From a virus (Duplodnaviria > Caudoviricetes), in the IMG/VR virus record IMGVR_UViG_3300030330_004210, positions 1 to 64,000 of that record: 64,000 nt of DNA; one strand, written 5' to 3'. This document shows positions 42,612 through 53,315 of the stretch, in pieces. A program made the translations under genes and the position numbers. The notes below the pieces were generated by a model. The model saw nothing but the letters and a program-made list of their open reading frames with translations. It was not told the DNA's origin and did no database searches. Every line of letters begins with the position of its first letter. Position 1 is the stretch's first letter.

Positions 42612-45600
42612 CTAGTCCGTGAACGCTGCTCCGGTTCTAGTAATGTTGAAGTCGATAGCAATAAACTCGATTGCTCTAGCAGGCTTGAGGAAGATCTTAG
42701 CATACAGGATGTTGCGATCAACCAAATCCGGCGTTGTTGTCGTCTCGTCAAGAACAACTCTGAACTCTGTAAGACCCATTCTCGCCTTAACGCTTGCAAG
42801 AAGCGGCTCGGCTTGACTTGTGAAACGCTGCCATGTGGCAGGAACGTTCTGATCAAACAGAATGCCAGATGCAATTCTTGAAATCTCTTTCTTAATGAAG
42901 ATCATCAAGCGACGAACATTAACTCTGTCAAGAGCGCTCGGAGTAACCTGAAGAGTCTTCTGACCGAAGATCACAATACCCTCGCTTGGGAACGTAGCAA
43001 TCGGATTAATGTTAGCCTCGTAGAGCTTATCACGATCCGCTGCGGTTAGTCTCTCGGTTACCGCAGTCACCGGAATACCAGCGGCTCCATTCTTGCTCAG
43101 ACCGCCTCTGTTAAACCCTGCGGGAGCAAACCAGACTTCCGAAGCACGCTCGGAGCTAGCCATGGTGCCGATAGCAGCCACCGAAGGTGGAGCCCAAAGG
43201 AACTGACCAGTAACCGTGTCTCGAATCTGAACCCAAGGATAGTAAGCACAGCCATAGCTTGAATTGATCTGTCGATCTCTAAGAGCCGTCACAACCCCAT
43301 CAAGAGATGTTGCTGTAGCACGGCTCTTGAAATCGTTAGCATTTTCAGTGAACGGAAGGTAAATGCCTCGGAGATCGATAACACCAAGAGCATCACCACG
43401 ATCTTCGCAGACGTTAAGTACCTTCTGTGTAAGATTCTCATTCACAACACCGGGAACACTAAGCATGTTCATCTCAACAAACTCGGGATCCTTAACAGTG
43501 TTGATCGCCTTAGCAATCGTGTTGAAGGCATAGTTATTTACCTCTGTCTGCGTGGTGGTCTGCGTGAGAACGCCATCGCGGAAAGGATCCTTCTCGATAA
43601 TATTAAACCCATCGTACCCTCCGAACAGAGGAGAGGTGAATCTATTAAGACCGGAATCCAGAACTGCCTTATAGGAAGCAGATGTCACAGAATCGCCAAC
43701 GGTAACAGTATTGTCCCTACTGACACCAGAGCGCGAGCCCGACATCCAATAGCAGTCTTCGAGCTTGCCACCGGGAACAACAAGGTCGTCCAAGGTAAAG
43801 ATCCACGAATACTCTGCATTGGTAGGTGGACCTGTAAGCGAGCCGAAGCGGCTGGCTTCATCATAGGGAAGACCCCGAAGATAATCACGATAACCCATAT
43901 CAAACGTTGTAGAGGTTCTTCCGTTATCATAGTAGTTGGTCTGAAGACCCCAGTACGAGGACTTGGGATCAGAAGATCCATGATCAGAAGCCGAAAGTCT
44001 TGTAAGGGTCGATGGGAAGAACACGGAGCCCGTAAACTTACACCCGCCATCATCAGCACCTAAGATACTTGTCTGGATAGCAGTTGCGTTTGTAGCATCC
44101 ACGGTAGCCCCAAGCAGAAGCGGCTGACCAGCATAAGTGCCCGCACAAGAACCCGACCCCTCAAGGAACGAATAAGAGGCTGCGTCGCCGGTATCGTAGA
44201 ATACCTCCTCTGTAAGCAGTGTTTGACCAGCGTCTCCAAGAAGAGGCATAAAGTTATTTTTCGATTGGGCGGCGTTACCGGTTCCTGAAAGAATAGTCAA
44301 GCCCGGAGGACGCGGAGGTCCAAAGACGCCAAACGGCAGCAACTCAGCAGGAGCAGAGTTTAGATCTGGATTCATTTCAATACGGATAATCTCAGACCTG
44401 TTGGCAAACTCTCCGTACTCTCGTGTACGAGAATCATTGTAGTCCCACTCCACATAGCGGTCTCCAATCATTCTAGCGACATAGTTTGCAGACTGTGGGT
44501 CTAAGTTGCACTCGGAGAATCTTTCAATGATAACAGGTTTGGCATCAGAGTCGTTAGCAGCACGAACCACAACGGTGAACGAACCATAAGAACTAAAGTT
44601 ATTTGTAGCGGCTCTAATGTCCTGAATAGAAATCTTGAACTGCTCCTGAATTGCCTCGCCTCCGTCTCTACCGTGGAAACGGAAGAGCTTGGTCATGCTT
44701 CGAGCATCGTAAGAGGCATTGCCTGCGCCCCCAACCGAAGTAAGGTCTTGCGAGAAGAACCAGCCAGTTCTTGGGTTGATTGCACTCTGCTGACGGTCGT
44801 GAAACCCTGTGGTACCGGCAGTAGCTAGTGCTGTTGAGCCAGAGTTAACAGCCGCGATAAAGCCGTACACCTTACCGGGGGACGTACTTCCAAGCTTTTC
44901 AAACAAGTAAGACTCGTAAGTCTCGCCCAGCCAATAGGTGCCTTCGCCATCACTTAACGTTGAAGCATTGGTGATAGGACTTGTGTAGCCTTGGTCGGAG
45001 TTATTGACCAAAGTAGGGTTGGTGTTAAAGACTTTCCTAATGTAACGGTCACTGTTACGATTAAAGTTAAATTCGGTCTTCATGACACGCTGACCTGTCG
45101 AGTTCACCACCTCGGCAGTAAACGTTGCATTAGAGTCAGACTCAAGAACGATGCAGGTACCAGAGACATTAATCGGGTCAGCATCATATGTGGCACCGCG
45201 AGCACCACCAGAAAGAATAATTGTGGAGCCACTGTTGCAATACCAGATCGCAGCCAAAGAGCCAGATCCCATGTCGCCGGTCGCCTTGCTACCAGATGGG
45301 AGAACAAACAAGCCGTATGCACCGCCGTTAAGGTAGCGGCTTCCAATTCCTCCAACAGGGTTAGGAGAAACAGCATTATTGTCCGCTTGGTCTCCAAAGG
45401 AGTTCTTGGTAGTCCAGCCCGCTACGGCTTGGCTATTAGTGGTGTCAGCGCTCGGGTTTGCTTCACCCAAGGTACGAACAAAAGTAACGGGTCCGACTTG
45501 TGCATCAAGATACGCCTGTGTAGCATAGCCAGCATAGGTAGGACCTGCGATGTTTCCTTCTCGGAAATAATCGCCACCACCGCCGCCAGCCTCGGGGGGT

Positions 45601-45782
45601 CCGAACACATCCACAAACTCGCTAAAAGACTGAACCGTGTAGGGTCTATTAGCTGGTCCCTTCCGAGCACGCCCAATAAAAACAGGACCCACTTCGGGCG
45701 CAACCGCTGGTAACTGAGAGTTATCGATCTCTCTCAAGAAAATACCGGGCGAAACAAACTTAAATTTTCTTACATCTGACAT
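42612..45782 (-). CDS. Tail sheath protein (gp18-like)
   Basis: FVSPGIFLREID, YYPW, WFAPAGFNRG, INPIATF, GQKTLQ, RVNVRRL, PARAIEFIAIDF. Confidence 0.95.
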   Translation of the reverse strand: MSDVRKFKFVSPGIFLREIDNSQLPAVAPEVGPVFIGRARKGPANRPYTVQSFSEFVDVFGPPEAGGGGGDYFREGNIAGPTYAGYATQAYLDAQVGPVTFVRTLGEANPSADTTNSQAVAGWTTKNSFGDQADNNAVSPNPVGGIGSRYLNGGAYGLFVLPSGSKATGDMGSGSLAAIWYCNSGSTIILSGGARGATYDADPINVSGTCIVLESDSNATFTAEVVNSTGQRVMKTEFNFNRNSDRYIRKVFNTNPTLVNNSDQGYTSPITNASTLSDGEGTYWLGETYESYLFEKLGSTSPGKVYGFIAAVNSGSTALATAGTTGFHDRQQSAINPRTGWFFSQDLTSVGGAGNASYDARSMTKLFRFHGRDGGEAIQEQFKISIQDIRAATNNFSSYGSFTVVVRAANDSDAKPVIIERFSECNLDPQSANYVARMIGDRYVEWDYNDSRTREYGEFANRSEIIRIEMNPDLNSAPAELLPFGVFGPPRPPGLTILSGTGNAAQSKNNFMPLLGDAGQTLLTEEVFYDTGDAASYSFLEGSGSCAGTYAGQPLLLGATVDATNATAIQTSILGADDGGCKFTGSVFFPSTLTRLSASDHGSSDPKSSYWGLQTNYYDNGRTSTTFDMGYRDYLRGLPYDEASRFGSLTGPPTNAEYSWIFTLDDLVVPGGKLEDCYWMSGSRSGVSRDNTVTVGDSVTSASYKAVLDSGLNRFTSPLFGGYDGFNIIEKDPFRDGVLTQTTTQTEVNNYAFNTIAKAINTVKDPEFVEMNMLSVPGVVNENLTQKVLNVCEDRGDALGVIDLRGIYLPFTENANDFKSRATATSLDGVVTALRDRQINSSYGCAYYPWVQIRDTVTGQFLWAPPSVAAIGTMASSERASEVWFAPAGFNRGGLSKNGAAGIPVTAVTERLTAADRDKLYEANINPIATFPSEGIVIFGQKTLQVTPSALDRVNVRRLMIFIKKEISRIASGILFDQNVPATWQRFTSQAEPLLASVKARMGLTEFRVVLDETTTTPDLVDRNILYAKIFLKPARAIEFIAIDFNITRTGAAFTD

Positions 45783-45828
45783 TACTTCTGGTCTCCTTTA
45801 GAACTGCAAAGATTCCAAGTTTCGTAAG

Positions 45829-45836
45829 TAAATAGT
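45829..45836 (-). promoter_or_regulatory. Putative late promoter ACTATTTA (sheath)
   Basis: Recurring motif in a short intergenic gap. Confidence 0.65.
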
Positions 45837-45858
45837 ATATCATAAACCGAATCTCTCT

Positions 45859-46725
45859 TTAGTCTCTATAAAATCCTTTCTTTAAATACTCATTGATATC
45901 CCCGTAAATTACATGCTCGCGAGGTATTCTAACCTCAACAGCATTTTCTCTTGTAGTGACACGGGGTCGCTCATCATTTTTGCCCTTACCGATTAAGTAT
46001 CCAAGCACTTTGATATCAACTGTATTCAAGTAATAGCGACTGTCGTCGCCCATATTAACTGCATTGCTATTGTCACTAATATCATTTTGGATAAAACCTT
46101 CGAAGCGATGCCCATCCCTTTCCATAAAAAAGTTATTAATCTGACCTGTTTCGGTTAGCAAAGGCTGTATAATTTCGTTCATCTGCTGTAGGTATTCCGT
46201 TCTGATGGACAGAGTGTAGGATCCGACCACATATACAGGTATGGGGAATGTCTTTGTTTCGTAGACCACCTTCTTATTGTTAAAAGGAAAAGTCTCTTGA
46301 TTAAAGCGCCTCTTAGCTGTTGCATTTGCAAACTTAGACGTTTTAGTTTGTTCTATCCTTCTAGAGACAGTCAGGGTTCTTGCCCCACCCTTTGGATCAT
46401 TTGCATTTGCAATGTGTGCCCAAGCAACACCCTTCATCGCTGGGTCCTTTTGAAAGCCGTTTCTGTGCAAGGTTATCATGGGCAAAATAATTCGACTACT
46501 ACCATCTCGGATGTCTCGATCTGATTTTACTTGCCAGCTTCTTTCTCCACTGACCCATCTAATCTTTACCTTCTCCCACCCTTTGTTTGTGGTCGCAAAA
46601 GGGTCCACAGTTTCATTTATCCAATCATAGAAGGCATAATCAATCGTCTCTATGGTTGACGGCATTAGCGTCATTTCACGGACTTTATCGTTATCTTTAC
46701 CAACTATTGTTTCATCACTCGGCAT
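45859..46725 (-). CDS. Tail completion/terminator-like protein (gp15-like)
   Basis: Position between neck and sheath genes; LPMITL, PVYV...Y.L. Confidence 0.5.
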   Translation of the reverse strand: MPSDETIVGKDNDKVREMTLMPSTIETIDYAFYDWINETVDPFATTNKGWEKVKIRWVSGERSWQVKSDRDIRDGSSRIILPMITLHRNGFQKDPAMKGVAWAHIANANDPKGGARTLTVSRRIEQTKTSKFANATAKRRFNQETFPFNNKKVVYETKTFPIPVYVVGSYTLSIRTEYLQQMNEIIQPLLTETGQINNFFMERDGHRFEGFIQNDISDNSNAVNMGDDSRYYLNTVDIKVLGYLIGKGKNDERPRVTTRENAVEVRIPREHVIYGDINEYLKKGFYRD

Positions 46726-47206
46726 TGAAAGTCCCCTCTCTGACGGCTGTGCAGCGTGCAGCGATCTCCATTCTATTGTCTATCTGACCGAAAAGGCGCG
46801 ATTCAGACAACTGAACGATCTCATAGTAAATATCTCCGTAAAGAACGAAATCGCCTTGTCTAACAAATAAATCTTGATCTTCTGTTAATCGGCGTCGATG
46901 AAAATGAACTGTAATATTGGCATCGAAATCTATACCGACGTTATCTGTGTATACAGTTTGATAATCTATCATCTCAACAAGAGCCATAACACGAATGGGA
47001 GGCAGGAAAGTTTTAACTATAGCCTCTCCATAAAGGTCATGAAAGTTAGTCCTGTCTACATCAATGGGGTAGTAAACAATCTTTTGCCCTATGACCTTCT
47101 CAATTAGCTCGTCGTTTACCTGCTTGACAAGATCTCTTTCCTTCTTGCCGGTAAACAAAGGAGGCGGGGGAGAATCTGGTTGTGACCATTTGTTTTTAGT
47201 AGACAT
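46715..47206 (-). CDS. Neck/head-closure protein (gp14-like)
   Basis: ELIEKVIGQKIVYY, DLYGEA, GDFVLY. Confidence 0.65.
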   Translation of the reverse strand: MSTKNKWSQPDSPPPPLFTGKKERDLVKQVNDELIEKVIGQKIVYYPIDVDRTNFHDLYGEAIVKTFLPPIRVMALVEMIDYQTVYTDNVGIDFDANITVHFHRRRLTEDQDLFVRQGDFVLYGDIYYEIVQLSESRLFGQIDNRMEIAARCTAVREGTFNAE

Positions 47207-47212
47207 CCTTTA

Positions 47213-48490
47213 TCACCCCTGATAGATAAACAACGGAACATACTTGTTTGTAGTGTTCACGCTCGTCATAAGTGCCGCCTCTTGCTCCGCAATCTTAGCG
47301 TAGGTCATTTCATCAAGCACGGTCTTTAGCTCCTCACGCAAAGTCTGTTGTTCATCTTTTGCTTGTGAAAGAAGATCCGAACCATTCAGATTTACAGATT
47401 CTCCGGGTATCGGAATAGTCGCAAACTTGCTCCTGACCTGACCGAGTGTTTCTTTTGTTAGTGCTAATGCAAATCTGCGGATCCACTGTTTGCCAATCGC
47501 GTTTATAGAATCATAAGGAATGTTTGTAAACGGCAGCGTATTCATGTTGTTGATGCCATCAACTCCCGTCTCTTGGATGTCTTGATCATCCCAAGCGTTT
47601 TCTTGGTTATCAATAGTAAAATTAACCCACAACTTATTAACGATATCTGCGTCTGGTTCTGGATATATGCGGATATTATTGTTATGTATTTCGTAAGAGT
47701 AGTGAGACAATCTAGTATATAGATGATCTTCATAAGCCATGGCTTGCATTTTATTTTGCCAAACGGGAACTATTTCAAAGGTAGAGTCATCGGTATATTG
47801 ACCATAACCATAAATAGAGCCGTTACCAACAACATTAAGACCGCCATAGTATCCAAAGAACCTCCACATTGACTGTGGAGTCTTATAAAATACTCTCTCT
47901 ATGGTAATCCTCTTGTTGCCAACCTGTAAAGCATATGGATAACCCGAGTCTGAAACGGCAGCGGAGCTTGAAATTAAACTTTGTAAATCATAGTCCTGAA
48001 CACCCGTTTCCAAGTCAATAGAAGCAGAGTAATAGGGCTTTGTTCCGCCAAAACCAGCATACTGGGCAGTTGCTGGACCAACACGCTTTGGGTACCTTAA
48101 ATCAAACTTAGGATATTTTAGCTCAATCTGACTACCGCTAAGTGTATCGCCACCCTTCATTACACCGTTATGATCAAAACTGGCTGTTGCTTGCCCAAGC
48201 ACATCGCCAAGAATGTTTTTAGCCTGATGGGTGTTAACGATATATGAATATTCCAAGCAAGCTTCTTCGTAATTAGCATACACTGAACCGGAGGTAACCT
48301 CAATGTCCAAGATGTCGCCACCAAGCTTTTGATATGTGTACGCCACTTGATCAGCAGCCCCAGACAAGAAATCAAAAGAGCCCGTATACATGCCCAGCGG
48401 ACATGCTGAAGATACGTCAGTTGTTGAGCCTGTAGCCGGGAGAACAACTGAACTTTGCTGACTCACTGGATTTAACTTGGGTATAGCCAT
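47213..48490 (-). CDS. Neck/head-tail adaptor (gp13-like)
   Basis: KLGG.ILDIE, WIRRFALALTKETLGQVRSKF..IPIPG..V.LNG. Confidence 0.75.
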   Translation of the reverse strand: MAIPKLNPVSQQSSVVLPATGSTTDVSSACPLGMYTGSFDFLSGAADQVAYTYQKLGGDILDIEVTSGSVYANYEEACLEYSYIVNTHQAKNILGDVLGQATASFDHNGVMKGGDTLSGSQIELKYPKFDLRYPKRVGPATAQYAGFGGTKPYYSASIDLETGVQDYDLQSLISSSAAVSDSGYPYALQVGNKRITIERVFYKTPQSMWRFFGYYGGLNVVGNGSIYGYGQYTDDSTFEIVPVWQNKMQAMAYEDHLYTRLSHYSYEIHNNNIRIYPEPDADIVNKLWVNFTIDNQENAWDDQDIQETGVDGINNMNTLPFTNIPYDSINAIGKQWIRRFALALTKETLGQVRSKFATIPIPGESVNLNGSDLLSQAKDEQQTLREELKTVLDEMTYAKIAEQEAALMTSVNTTNKYVPLFIYQG

Positions 48491-48511
48491 ACATGGTTCC
48501 TCCTATCATAG

Positions 48512-48519
48512 TAAATAGT
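48512..48519 (-). promoter_or_regulatory. Putative late promoter ACTATTTA (neck)
   Basis: Recurring motif just upstream of the GGAGG RBS. Confidence 0.65.
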
Positions 48520-48540
48520 CAGCCATATAACAAAAGAGCG

Positions 48541-48804
48541 CTACTTCTTGGAAGTTGTCTTTTTGGCTCTGGTGGTTGTGGTTTTGCGCTTAGGTGCTGC
48601 TTTTGTTTTAGGCTTTGCCTTTGCTTTAGGCTTGGGGGCAATCTCCTCTTCAACAGCATCTAAGACTGGGGTCTCTGCCTCCTCAACAACAGGAGCCATC
48701 TCGTCTGCCACCTGCTGGTTAGAAAGCGCTGCCATTGCAGGGTGGTTTGCAAACTTTGTCCCAAACTTTTGTGGCTTAGCTATCATTCTTCTTTTCTTAC
48801 CCAT
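48541..48804 (-). CDS. Small protein with a Lys/Ala/Thr-rich histone-like tail
   Basis: PKPKAKAKPKTKAAPKRKTTTTRAKK; own CTATTTA motif. Confidence 0.65.
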   Translation of the reverse strand: MGKKRRMIAKPQKFGTKFANHPAMAALSNQQVADEMAPVVEEAETPVLDAVEEEIAPKPKAKAKPKTKAAPKRKTTTTRAKKTTSKK

Positions 48805-48851
48805 GTTTATCTCCTATTGGTCTAAGTTGGATATTATAAATAGTTCTTCTT

Positions 48852-48889
48852 AAAACAAAAAGCCCTCGTCATCCGAAGACAACGAGGGC
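48852..48889 (-). terminator. Intrinsic terminator after the major capsid gene
   Basis: gccctcgt/acgagggc stem followed by UUUUUGUUUU on the minus strand. Confidence 0.8.
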
Positions 48890-48913
48890 GTAATGTTTGC
48901 TAGGCGTTAGCTA

Positions 48914-50719
48914 TCAGCTACCGGACTCACCAAGGAGACCGCGACAGATAACCAGACCGTACATATCAGGGCGCACCATCTTCTTGGCGTACCGAGTCAT
49001 GACACCCTTGCGGGGCACGAAGTCCTCGACACCGAAGATAGTCGGCGTGACCTGAAGTGGGACATACGGAGCGTAGACATAGCCCGACTCAAGGAAGCTA
49101 CCACCCTTACGACCAATCAGAAGCACGTTCCGTGGGAAGTAAGGATCGACGTACACGTCGAACTTCTTAGAGAGCGAACCAACGTTCACTGCACCGATAG
49201 TACCTCTGTCCTGATCATGCGTGACCGAAGCGCGGAAGCCGCTAGTGAACTCAAGGATGTTAGCAACCTCGGGCGATGTCACCACGAAGTTAGCGCCACC
49301 CCGGAGAGTCTTGCGGTGAATCTGAGCGGACACATCATTGATGGTCTCAATCAGAGTCTCGTACCACTCGGAAACCGTACCGGTGAAGTCAGGAGCAGCC
49401 GCAGATGCACCAATCTCAGCACCAGTTGTGCGGTTCACGAACAGACCCGGCGAACGCGACCAGTAGAATGTACCGGCAGTAGCACCCTTGATAAGATCCT
49501 CAAGGATCTCACGGTCAATCTCAAGAGCAATCTGCTCGGAGAGGATGCTCGTAAGCTCGACCTCGGCATCAAGGTTGTGGTAGGCGTTAAGGTCTTGCCC
49601 TAACTCCGGAGTCCACTTCGCCTTGAGCTTCTTGGTGATCGCCGTCACACTGACACTATCCACCTTGATATCAATCTCGGGGATCGTCTCGGTGTCCTCA
49701 AGACCCCAAGTAGTGGTTGCACGAACAGCACCAAGTGCCTCGTCCGAACCAGCAGTCGGCGTGCCATTGAAGTTATCAACGATTGGGAAATCGTAGGTCT
49801 TAGCCAACGAGGCGGTAAGAAGACCCAAGAGGCTCTTCGAAAGGTTTGCGCCCGATGCGCCACCATTGTCAAGAACCGATGAACCAGTCGCCTCGTACAC
49901 CATGGTAATCTTGTAGCCAGACTGACCCGGAGCATTGTCGCCAGTTGAACCAGACGAAACCTGTGTAAGACGACGCACAAGACGACCCGGCGACTGAGCG
50001 CCCATGTCGGTTGCAATCGCAACAAGATCCTGCGTGTTGAACTGAGTCAAGTCCGTAGACCCGGTGGTCTCGACAACGACAACAGCAGAGCCGTCAAGAT
50101 CTGGATCGTAACGGGTCAGCTTGTTAAGCGTATCGATATCTGCCTGCGAGAGCGGGAAGCTACCAGCACCAGCAGCCGCACCGATAGTGCCAGAAGCAAC
50201 GACCACAAAAGTATTTGTGATAGCCGCAGAGCCAGTGGCAGACGTAAAGCCGTTGTTAAGGTTGTAGGGTCCAACATCAGCGTTATCACCCGTAAGCGAG
50301 ACGCCACCTGTTAGCTCCTGACCAACGACGCCCTGACCATAGATCGAGTCGCCATCAGTTTGACCGAGACGAGTATCCCCGAACGTGAAGTCAAGGAAAA
50401 AGATCAGACCAGACGGCAAGCTCATGGGCTGCACGCTGACCAGATCGTTAGCAATAAGACCGCCAAAGACGCGACGAACGATTGGGAAAGCCACCGCCGC
50501 GAAGCCCTCAACGTCGCCAGCCGCCATAGACGAACCAGCGGCTTCCTTGAGAAGCTGCTTAGCCTGATTTTCCAGCAAACGAGCCATCGTATGCTTGGTA
50601 CGGTCATTGCCGAGACCTTCCAGAAGTCCTGTCCGCTCCCACTTGGAGAGAAGAGCAGCACCTTCCGAACGGAGGTCTCTATTAACAATACCTTCTGTTA
50701 ATTTCTCTAAAATAGACAT
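48914..50719 (-). CDS. Major capsid protein (gp23-like)
   Basis: LLENQ, PIVRRV, VQPMSLPSGLIF, KLKAKWTPELGQDLNAYH.LDAE.EL, YAPYVPL, PRKGVMTRY. Confidence 0.96.
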   Translation of the reverse strand: MSILEKLTEGIVNRDLRSEGAALLSKWERTGLLEGLGNDRTKHTMARLLENQAKQLLKEAAGSSMAAGDVEGFAAVAFPIVRRVFGGLIANDLVSVQPMSLPSGLIFFLDFTFGDTRLGQTDGDSIYGQGVVGQELTGGVSLTGDNADVGPYNLNNGFTSATGSAAITNTFVVVASGTIGAAAGAGSFPLSQADIDTLNKLTRYDPDLDGSAVVVVETTGSTDLTQFNTQDLVAIATDMGAQSPGRLVRRLTQVSSGSTGDNAPGQSGYKITMVYEATGSSVLDNGGASGANLSKSLLGLLTASLAKTYDFPIVDNFNGTPTAGSDEALGAVRATTTWGLEDTETIPEIDIKVDSVSVTAITKKLKAKWTPELGQDLNAYHNLDAEVELTSILSEQIALEIDREILEDLIKGATAGTFYWSRSPGLFVNRTTGAEIGASAAAPDFTGTVSEWYETLIETINDVSAQIHRKTLRGGANFVVTSPEVANILEFTSGFRASVTHDQDRGTIGAVNVGSLSKKFDVYVDPYFPRNVLLIGRKGGSFLESGYVYAPYVPLQVTPTIFGVEDFVPRKGVMTRYAKKMVRPDMYGLVICRGLLGESGS

Positions 50720-50735
50720 TTTAAGTCCTCCTTTT

Positions 50736-51812
50736 TTATTTATTAGTTATGCCTGCTAGTCTTTGCATACGCTGAACCGCAGACGTATCAGCACTGCTTG
50801 ACGACTCTCTACGAGCCATCAAAGGAGAAGTCCGATTGATTGCTTCACTCAGTGATTTTGGCGTCCTCTTGGAGGAAGTGCCCACTGCGTTTTGGAGCGT
50901 TTCAAAAACGATCTTCGCCTCGTTTACAGAACGAGATTCTGAAATAGCTTCGGCAATCTTACTCTTTTGCCGCTCATTCAGGGAGTCACTATTCAGTACA
51001 CGATTCGTGTAAAATAATCTAGCATTTGTAAGATTCACTTCTTCAAGTTTATCTTTTAAGCTAGAAACTGTGTTAGCAAGTCTCTTGTTCATAGTCCTTG
51101 TGCCCTCATTGCTTTCGCTTAACTGGGCGTAGTCCTTTTTGATATTACTAAGAGCTTGCTTTAAAACTTTGATTTCTTCCTGTGCTTCGGTGGACGCGAG
51201 GCGTGCCAACTCAAGCTCAGCATTAAAATTCATGATAGATTCGGGAGTACCAGCCCAGCCACTCTTTTGTGGCTTGATGTCTACAACCAATTCTTCAAGG
51301 AGTGCATCGATATTTTCTTCAGTAAGTTCGATCTCCTCTTCCATTTTCTCTTCTTTGTCAGGGCACTTACATTCCTTACCCTTACCTTTACACTCTGGAC
51401 ACCTTTCCTCTTCCAGAGCCTCTTCTTCAAGAGCTTCCAAGATAGCTTCTGTCAACTCTAGCTCTGGCTCCTCTGGTGCGGCTTCAACTTCCTGACCAAT
51501 ATCCATGGTATCGCCCATAGGCTCTGATGCCATCAGAGCATTAAGCTCGTCAAAGTCAACCTCGATCTTCTCATCATCATCAGGACACGGGCAAAGCTTC
51601 ACGCCTTCAGCAGCAGCAAGGGAAGGCATATCGCCTTCTTCCTCTTCTGGATCTTCCATGTCCATAAGATCGTCTTCCTGCTCAAGCAAAGAAGAAACAG
51701 CGTCCCGCACCTCTGGGGCATACTTCTCAAGAATTGAACTTTCTGCACTCTTAAGAGCGGCTTCCTTTAATGCTGTTGCGTCTATAATCGCTTGTTCTAA
51801 TAATGTTGACAT
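50736..51812 (-). CDS. Prohead core scaffold protein (gp22-like)
   Basis: Acidic coiled coil directly upstream of the capsid gene; many L/I-x-E sites; C-terminal RMQRLAGI. Confidence 0.75.
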   Translation of the reverse strand: MSTLLEQAIIDATALKEAALKSAESSILEKYAPEVRDAVSSLLEQEDDLMDMEDPEEEEGDMPSLAAAEGVKLCPCPDDDEKIEVDFDELNALMASEPMGDTMDIGQEVEAAPEEPELELTEAILEALEEEALEEERCPECKGKGKECKCPDKEEKMEEEIELTEENIDALLEELVVDIKPQKSGWAGTPESIMNFNAELELARLASTEAQEEIKVLKQALSNIKKDYAQLSESNEGTRTMNKRLANTVSSLKDKLEEVNLTNARLFYTNRVLNSDSLNERQKSKIAEAISESRSVNEAKIVFETLQNAVGTSSKRTPKSLSEAINRTSPLMARRESSSSADTSAVQRMQRLAGITNK

Positions 51813-51903
51813 ATATAATTTTCTCCAGAAGAAGATTCTTTTTCACAAGTAAGTAGTATCTAAAAATTAGAAATCACCGAATTAACATCAATGTTTTTAG
51901 CTG

Positions 51904-52152
51904 TTAACCGTTGCTTTCGCTGTCACGCAGCTTTTTTAGAACTCTCTCACGCTGTTGGCGCTTTTTCCTACGCTTAACAGAGGGCTTTTCATAATAGCGC
52001 CTTTCTCTAAGCTCATCTAGGATGCCTGATTTTTTAAACTTTCTCAGAAATCTTTTTATTAATCTATCTGGATGCTCGTTCTTCTTTGGTGTCACAGTGA
52101 CATGCGATGGCTTGTTGCCCTTTGGCATGTACTTTCTATCTCGGTATGACAT
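51904..52152 (-). CDS. rpsU: Ribosomal protein bS21
   Basis: NEHPDRLIKRFLRKFKKSGILDELRERRYYEKPSVKRR. Confidence 0.88.
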   Translation of the reverse strand: MSYRDRKYMPKGNKPSHVTVTPKKNEHPDRLIKRFLRKFKKSGILDELRERRYYEKPSVKRRKKRQQRERVLKKLRDSESNG

Positions 52153-52164
52153 TACACTTCCTTA

Positions 52165-52869
52165 TTAAAATCTTGCAAATCCATTTCTACTAGAGGTAAT
52201 TACGTTACCACTACCAAAGCCGCCACCGGCAGACATGCGGCTATCAGCTACCTTGTATTCAATAACAAGCTTGGGTCTCTCGGAGGCAGTTCCGTAAGTC
52301 GGACTGCGATATATAGCCCGGTTGGTGCTGGTTGGGTCCACATCTTGTACATCGTGATAAGCTCTAGCCATTAGATAAAGATCTGCTCTTCTTCTTATCT
52401 TTGCTTCTAACCAGCGAAGTAGTTTGCCGCTCTTGATAGTAAATGTAAGCTCGCCAGTCCCTGTCACATCAAAAATGTCAGAGGACACATTGGGCAAGTA
52501 ATTATCATAGTCGCGGGTATTGGGATTAAATCCAGCGCTTTTAGCGTTCAAAGCAAAAAATTTAAACTTTGTCCCATTCGTGTCTCCACCCCCTCGGTTA
52601 GAAAAAGTCAGCTTTATCTGCGCTGTTCTAAGCTTCAAGAATTGAGCTTTTTTAGGGATGTTACTCTCTGCTAAATCAAAATACATAAATCCACGACGAT
52701 TTGTGAAAGTGCCGCCTTGTTTCCTAGCCTGAAACATGCTGTCAGTTGCACCGGAATCAAAAATCGAATCTGCTTGGCTCGCTCCAATAACTGTCGTCCA
52801 GTCACTGTCTTGTTTAGTGAGGGCAGCAAAAGACGAATCGCCAGCAGGCGTGAAAGTATTAATTGGCAT
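52165..52869 (-). CDS. Hypothetical beta-rich virion protein
   Basis: R.FMYFDL...RPKLVIEY pattern of beta-sandwich surface domains. Confidence 0.45.
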   Translation of the reverse strand: MPINTFTPAGDSSFAALTKQDSDWTTVIGASQADSIFDSGATDSMFQARKQGGTFTNRRGFMYFDLAESNIPKKAQFLKLRTAQIKLTFSNRGGGDTNGTKFKFFALNAKSAGFNPNTRDYDNYLPNVSSDIFDVTGTGELTFTIKSGKLLRWLEAKIRRRADLYLMARAYHDVQDVDPTSTNRAIYRSPTYGTASERPKLVIEYKVADSRMSAGGGFGSGNVITSSRNGFARF

Positions 52870-53315
52870 CAGTCAGTTGGTCCAACGCCTTCAACATGCT
52901 CCCAACCCTCTGACAAGTGTGCAGCTTCAATCTGTGTAAGACCTGCAATAACGGTTGCCTTGCCAATAGTATTTGAAGCTCCGTTGCCATCATTCATAAG
53001 GTAGACACGCGTCACCCTGAAATCTGCGGTATAAGAGGCAGATGGCTCCAGCGTCACATAGTTGTGTGCAGGTCCCAGTCCACCAGAAGCAAACGCGAAG
53101 CGCATATCTGACATGTTTGCGTCTGAAACTGCTTCGTTGCCGTCGTGTCGAATGGTAACAAACTTGGTGACCTTTGGAAACTTAACCTCAAAAGCAAGAG
53201 CCATATTTGTTCCAGACGCTGGAACGTCACATGAAGCCGTGATAAACGGTCTTGCACTTGCCTGATAAGAACCAACGTTGTTAAAACCAACACCGTATTT
53301 TTCAAAAACTGACAT
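52869..53315 (-). CDS. Hypothetical virion protein
   Basis: GFNNVGSYQASARPF, FPKVTKFVTI; ACTAATTA motif upstream. Confidence 0.5.
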   Translation of the reverse strand: MSVFEKYGVGFNNVGSYQASARPFITASCDVPASGTNMALAFEVKFPKVTKFVTIRHDGNEAVSDANMSDMRFAFASGGLGPAHNYVTLEPSASYTADFRVTRVYLMNDGNGASNTIGKATVIAGLTQIEAAHLSEGWEHVEGVGPTD

